Assembly (NCBI GenBank): GCA_963842945.1
Contig: CAWJIM010000020.1
Span: 32,001-96,000, forward strand
Direction of reading: 5' to 3'
DNA length: 64,000 nucleotides
Source: an uncultured Gemmatimonadales bacterium
GTDB taxonomy: Bacteria; Gemmatimonadota; Gemmatimonadetes; Gemmatimonadales; GWC2-71-9
The notes beneath the pieces were generated by a model. The model was not told where the DNA came from. It was given only the letters and a program-made list of their open reading frames with translations, and did no database searches. Below are positions 59,463 to 64,000 of the stretch, piece by piece. The position numbers and the translations under genes were made by a program. The stretch's first letter is position 1, and each line of letters begins with the position of its first letter.

Positions 59463-60476
59463 ATGCCCATTCGCATCGGCATCAACGGCTTTGGCCGGAT
59501 CGGTCGGAACGTGCTCCGCGCCTCCAAGGCCATGCGGGTCAACGACCTCGATTTCGTGGCGGTCAACGATCTGACCGACACCAGGACGCTCGCACACCTG
59601 CTCAAGTTCGACTCCGTTCACGGCCGGTTTCAGGGTGATGTGACTCCCGAATCCGACGGCATCTGCGTGGATGGCGATTCTATCCGGGTACTCTCCGAGA
59701 AGGATCCCGCCAAGCTGCCATGGAAGGATCTCGGCGTCGACATTGTGCTCGAGTCGACCGGACGGTTCACCGACCGGGATCAGGCCGCGCTGCATCTCAA
59801 GGGTGGGGCCAAGAAGGTGATCATTTCCGCGCCAGCCAAGAAGGAAGACATCACCATCGTCTACGGAGTGAACCACAAGTCGTACGATGCAGGCAAGCAC
59901 CACGTGATCTCAAACGCGAGCTGCACCACCAACTGCCTGGTTCCCGTGGTGAAGGTGATCCTGGACCGGTTCGGCTTCGTCAGCGGCTTCATGACGACGA
60001 TCCACTCGTACACCAACGATCAGCAGATTCTCGATTTGCCCCATAAGGACCTGCGGCGGGCCCGGGCGGCCGCCCTCTCCATCATTCCTACCACGACGGG
60101 AGCCGCGAAGGCGACGTCGCTGGTGCTGCCGGAAGTCAAAGGCAAGATCGACGGCGTTTCCCTCCGGGTGCCCACGCCCGACGTTTCGGTCGTCGCGCTG
60201 ACCTGCGTGGTGCAGAAGGCCACCTCGGCCGACGAGGTCAATGCCGCCTTCCGCGAGGCGGCCAAGTCCGGGCCACTGCAGGATGTGCTGGCGGTGAGTG
60301 AAGAGCCGCTGGTCTCGGTGGACTACATCGGCTCGCTCCAATCGAGCACGATGGATGCGATGTCAACCAATGTCGTCAACGGGACGCTGGTGAATGTCAC
60401 CTCCTGGTACGACAACGAAATGGGCTACTCGGCCAGGTGCGTTGACCTGCTGCGCTATATCGGGAACACCCGGTGA
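59463..60476 (+). CDS. gap: Glyceraldehyde-3-phosphate dehydrogenase
   Basis: [32 protein letters not shown]. Confidence 0.97.
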   Translation: MPIRIGINGFGRIGRNVLRASKAMRVNDLDFVAVNDLTDTRTLAHLLKFDSVHGRFQGDVTPESDGICVDGDSIRVLSEKDPAKLPWKDLGVDIVLESTGRFTDRDQAALHLKGGAKKVIISAPAKKEDITIVYGVNHKSYDAGKHHVISNASCTTNCLVPVVKVILDRFGFVSGFMTTIHSYTNDQQILDLPHKDLRRARAAALSIIPTTTGAAKATSLVLPEVKGKIDGVSLRVPTPDVSVVALTCVVQKATSADEVNAAFREAAKSGPLQDVLAVSEEPLVSVDYIGSLQSSTMDAMSTNVVNGTLVNVTSWYDNEMGYSARCVDLLRYIGNTR

Positions 60477-61665
60477 AGCGTTCGCTCGAATCGCTGGACA
60501 AGTCATCGCTGGAAGGCCGTCGCGCGCTGGTGCGGGTGGACTTCAACGTGCCCCTCAAGGACGGCAAGGTCACGGACGATACCCGCATCCGGGCCGCGCT
60601 CCCCACCATCAAATACCTCCGGGAGCGGGGCGCTCGACTGGTGCTGCTCTCGCATCTCGGCCGGCCCAAGAACGGCCCCGACCCGAAGTATTCCATGCAG
60701 CCGGTGGTACGAGCCCTGGAAAAGCTGCTTGGGCTCGCCGGTCACCTTTCTGCCTGATCCAACGTCGAGCGACGCCGCTACCCTGACCAGGCGACTGCCT
60801 CGGGGCGGTGTGGCGGTGGCGGAGAACACCCGGTTTTATCCTGGGGAGGAAAAGAACGATCCTCAGCTGGCACAGCGAGTTTGCCGCGCTGGGCGATCTT
60901 TACGTCAACGATGCTTTCGGCTCAGCCCATCGGGCTCACGCCAGCACCGAGGCCATCGCCCGGATCCTGAAGCCCGCGGTCTCCGGGTTTCTCATGGAGC
61001 GGGAGCTTCGCTATCTGGGGGAGGCGCTGCACCAGCCGAAGCGGCCCTTCGTGGCGGTACTGGGGGGAGCCAAGATCAGCGGAAAAATCGATCTGATCGA
61101 GGCACTGCTGCCCAAGGTCGATGAAGTCCTTCTTGGCGGGGCCATGGCCTGCACCTTCTTCAAGGCCATGGGGCTCGAAACCGGGAACTCGCTGGTGGAG
61201 CCCGATCGGCTCGATTTGGCCCGGGCCCTGATGAAGAAAGCCGGAAGCAAGCTGGTGCTGCCGGAGGGTGGTGTCATTGCGCGCGAGCTGGCGCCCAACA
61301 CCGAGACTCGGGTGGTGGGCCGCGACGCGATCCCGCAAGGGTGGGCGGTCTACGACATCGATCCCGGCACTGAGAAGCGCTTCGGCGCCAGCATCGAGGA
61401 GGCCGGGACCGTAGTGTGGAATGGACCGATGGGCGTGTTCGAGACTCCGCCGTTCGACCACGGCACTCTCGCCGTGGCCCGCTCCATGGCCCGAGCGACG
61501 GCGAACGGGGCGGTGACGGTGATTGGTGGCGGCGATTCCGCGGCAGCTGTGGCTCAGGCCAAGCTGAGTGACCAGATCACCCATGTCTCTACCGGGGGCG
61601 GCGCGTCGCTCGAATTTCTCGAGGGCAAGGAGCTTCCTGGCGTGGCCGCGCTGGACGGGGTGTAA
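60473..61665 (+). CDS. pgk: Phosphoglycerate kinase (frameshifted)
   Basis: [51 protein letters not shown]. Confidence 0.95.
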
Positions 61666-61672
61666 GGAGATT

Positions 61673-62474
61673 ATGACGGCTCGGCAGCTCACGTTTGCGG
61701 CCAACTGGAAAATGAACCACGGGCCAGCCGAGGCGCGCGCATTTGCCGAGAAGTTTCTGGCGCTCACCTCTCCGATGGAGGGGAGACGGCTCTGGTTTTT
61801 TCCGGCGGCGGTCTCGATTGCTCCGCCTGGCCGATGCCTTGAAGGGACGCTCCGATGTGACCATTGGCGCGCAGAACGTCCACTGGGAGCCGAAGGGTGC
61901 GTACACCGGCGCGATCTCTATTCCGATGGTCACCGAGGCCGGGGCCCGGTTGACGCTGGTAGGGCACTCCGAGCGACGTCACCTGTTCGGGGAAACCGAC
62001 GAGCAAGTCGGACGAAAGACCAAGGCCGCGCTGGCTGCCGGAATCACGCCGATGGTGTGCGTGGGAGAGACCCTGGCGGAGCGAGACGGAGGGCGCACCG
62101 AACAGGTCATCGTACGCCAGCTCGGTGCAGTGCTCGCCGCGCTCCAGTCTCAGGACTGGGAGCGGGTAGTGCTGGCGTACGAGCCGGTCTGGGCCATTGG
62201 CACTGGTAAGAACGCGACGCCGGACGACGCGGCGCAGATCCACGAGCTGATCCGGATGGAGCTGGGGCGCAAGAGTGTCCGCCATCGAGTGCCTATCCTC
62301 TATGGCGGCAGCGTGAGCCCGGCGAATGTGGCATCGTTGCTGACCCGGCCTCAGCTCGACGGTGTCTTGGTCGGCGGGGCCAGTCTGAATCCGGAGGGCT
62401 GGGCTGAGGTGATCGACCGGGGTTCCAAGGCCAAAATGCGACCCTCCGGCGGATTCGATCTGATAGAAGGCTAG
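61673..62474 (+). CDS. tpiA: Triosephosphate isomerase, frameshift near 61820
   Basis: ANWKM, GAQN, GHSERR, AYEPVWAIGTG, YGGSV, LVGGASL. Confidence 0.95.
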
Positions 62475-62516
62475 CCTCGCACCCAGGCTTCGCCGTCCAC
62501 CGGCGGCGCACCCACC

Positions 62517-63401
62517 ATGCCCGAGCTTCCCGACATCACACTGTACCTGGAGCAGCTGACGCCGCGTATTCTGGGCCAGCCGTTGCTCCGCCTGGTTTTT
62601 CGGAGCCCGTTCATCTTGAGGTCGGTGGACCCTCCGCCTTCGGCGTTTGCGGGAAAGCGAGTGATAGGCCTTCAACGGCTGGGCAAGCGGATTGTGCTGC
62701 AGTGTGAAGACGAGCTCTTCATCGTGATTCACCTGATGATTGCCGGCCGACTGCGCTGGAAGCCGCCCGAAGCCAAGACCGGCGGGAAGCTGGTGCTTGC
62801 CGCGCTGGAGTTTCCCCACGGCTCATTGCAGCTCACCGAGGCCGGGAGCAAGCGGCGGGCTTCTATTCATCTGGTGGCTGGGTCGGAGCAGCTGCGGGCG
62901 TTCGAGCGCGGGGGCCTGGAGGTGCTTGACGCAGGGCTCGAGGATTTTGCGACCCGGCTCCGATCTGAGAATCACACTCTCAAACGCGCTCTGACTGACC
63001 CGCGGCTTTTCAGCGGTATCGGCAATGCTTACTCGGACGAGATCCTCCACCGCGCCCGGATGTCGCCACTGACGCTTACCGGCAAACTGACGGATGAGCA
63101 GGTGGCCACGCTGTTCGGCGCCACCCAGGCCACCCTGAACGAATGGACCGAGCGGCTGCGGCAGGAGGCGGGAGACCGTTTTCCTGAGAAGGTCACGGCC
63201 TTCCGGGAGGGGATGGCGGTGCATGGCCGTTTCGGAAAACCGTGCCCGGTGTGCTCCTCTCCGGTTCAGCGAATCCGCTATGCCGATAACGAGACCAACT
63301 ACTGCGCCCGCTGCCAGACAGGCGGGCGGCTCCTGGCCGACCGGGCCCTTTCCCGGTTGTTGAAGCAGGATTGGCCGAGATCGATTGATGAGGTGGAGTA
63401 G
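62517..63401 (+). CDS. Fpg/Nei family DNA glycosylase
   Basis: N-terminal [21 protein letters not shown] (H2TH), CPVC..CARCQ Zn finger. Confidence 0.92.
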   Translation: MPELPDITLYLEQLTPRILGQPLLRLVFRSPFILRSVDPPPSAFAGKRVIGLQRLGKRIVLQCEDELFIVIHLMIAGRLRWKPPEAKTGGKLVLAALEFPHGSLQLTEAGSKRRASIHLVAGSEQLRAFERGGLEVLDAGLEDFATRLRSENHTLKRALTDPRLFSGIGNAYSDEILHRARMSPLTLTGKLTDEQVATLFGATQATLNEWTERLRQEAGDRFPEKVTAFREGMAVHGRFGKPCPVCSSPVQRIRYADNETNYCARCQTGGRLLADRALSRLLKQDWPRSIDEVE

Positions 63402-63445
63402 GTAGTCGGGAGTCGGGAGTCGGGAGTCAGGAGTCGGAGTCGGGA
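63402..63445 (+). repeat. Left heptamer arm (GAGTCGG)n
   Basis: GTAGTCGG GAGTCGG GAGTCGG GAGTCAG GAGTCG GAGTCGG GA. Confidence 0.95.
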
Positions 63446-63460
63446 ATTCCGAGTTGAAAG

Positions 63461-63835
63461 TCAGGTGGAGCTACACATCCTAGGCCTTTGAAGTGACCGA
63501 ACCAGGCCATTCAGCATCTTGCTTATTATCTCCGAATCTCTGTCTAAACTGGCCCATGTCTCTCTTGACACATAACCCAGATCGCGGGATAGCAGTAACT
63601 GACATTCGATCTCTCTAACCGATCCGCGTGCAATCTTGAGAAAACGGGCCAGCTCACGATCACCCAGACGACCCTCTCCTTCAGCGATATTTGAAACCAG
63701 CGAAACCGCCGCGCGTCTAAGCTGGGCCGCCAGCGCGTAACGCTCGCGATCCGGAAATGAAGCAGTGCAACGATATACTTCCAGCGCGAAGGTGTGAGCG
63801 CGTTTCCATACTGCGAGGTCACGATAGTTTCCCAT
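63461..63835 (-). CDS. Four-helix-bundle protein (23S rRNA IVP / bAvd-like family)
   Basis: YRDLAVWKRA, FP..ERYAL..QLRRAAVS..SNIAEG, RFL.IARGS..E...QL.LS.DLGY. Confidence 0.93.
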   Translation of the reverse strand: MGNYRDLAVWKRAHTFALEVYRCTASFPDRERYALAAQLRRAAVSLVSNIAEGEGRLGDRELARFLKIARGSVREIECQLLLSRDLGYVSRETWASLDRDSEIISKMLNGLVRSLQRPRMCSST

Positions 63836-63910
63836 TGCTGAACGGTAGTGATTATGGGGTTTCCTTCGGACATCGTTCTAACGCCCCTCACATCTATTCC
63901 CTTCAGATCG

Positions 63911-63937
63911 CCCGACTCCTGACTCCCGACTCCAGAC
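63911..63937 (+). repeat. Right heptamer arm (CCGACTC)n, inverted relative to 63402-63445
   Basis: C CCGACTC CTGACTC CCGACTC CAGAC. Confidence 0.95.
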
Positions 63938-63940
63938 AAG

Positions 63941-63969
63941 TTGACCGCGCTCCCACAGCAGACTAAGAT
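63941..63969 (+). promoter_or_regulatory. Sigma70 promoter TTGACC-N17-TAAGAT, leaderless spacing to ATG 63977
   Basis: -35 at 63941-63946, -10 at 63964-63969, 7 nt to ATG, no Shine-Dalgarno. Confidence 0.7.
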
Positions 63970-63976
63970 CACCACC

Positions 63977-64000
63977 ATGTTCACCTTCCTCGTGTCACTG
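63977..64000 (+). CDS. secG: Probable start of preprotein translocase SecG (truncated by window)
   Basis: Only MFTFLVSL is visible; hydrophobic start plus the conserved gap-pgk-tpiA-secG order. Confidence 0.5.

Noticed and set aside
59232..60476. ComF-GAPDH fusion ORF (414 aa)
   Set aside because: gap has its own AGGAG RBS and ATG at 59463; read-through likely comes from an indel near the comF end.
613..62474. Dozens of frameshifts read as pseudogenes or programmed frameshifting
   Set aside because: They hit essential genes (pgk, tpiA, ispD, tsaC), are single-base, and leave all motifs intact with no decay; best explained as long-read indel errors.
8220..62819. Long antisense or alternate-frame ORFs (e.g. 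8220-9344, 13341-14540, 22809-24047, 29523-30647, 55046-56053, 61764-62819)
   Set aside because: Shadow ORFs expected at high GC opposite well-supported genes; no recognisable motifs.
63461..63835. Diversity-generating retroelement or rRNA intervening sequence
   Set aside because: Avd/IVP-like protein only; no reverse transcriptase, no TR/VR pair and no rRNA sequence in the window.
10525..63937. Tandem arrays as CRISPR
   Set aside because: Units are 7-8 nt and contiguous, with no unique spacers and no cas genes.

Overview
GC-rich bacterial chromosome segment. Gene order and protein style suggest Gemmatimonadota (inference). Many single-base frameshifts, including in essential genes, point to an unpolished long-read assembly. 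Positions 1-49.1 kb are an accessory region of secreted hydrolases, oxidoreductases and regulators: two CocE/NonD hydrolases, AAC(6')-like GNAT, PPK2, agmatinase, DUF305 plus two LVIVD paralogs, GH20 plus phosphodiester glycosidase, an MmyB-type regulator with aldo/keto reductases, a DUF4331-TPR-HupE-SigK/RskA locus, class II UvrA, a CarH/LitR B12 photoreceptor locus, pepA and a plug-domain receptor. Positions 49.2-64 kb are a housekeeping superoperon: yicC-gmk-rpoZ-coaBC-udg-dnaB-radA-ispD-tsaC-LMW phosphatase-aroE-comF-gap-pgk-tpiA-fpg-(secG). Top signals: (1) a dispersed family of 7-8-nt tandem-repeat arrays, often arranged as inverted arm pairs; one pair encloses an AT-richer antisense four-helix-bundle gene (perfect 22-bp inverted match), while the others are cargo-less and some lie inside coding sequences; (2) CarH-type 11-bp operator repeats overlapping a sigma70 promoter of a non-carotenoid operon next to carH; (3) a SigK-type promoter heading the DUF4331 operon. 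No rRNA, tRNA, CRISPR or transposase was recognised.
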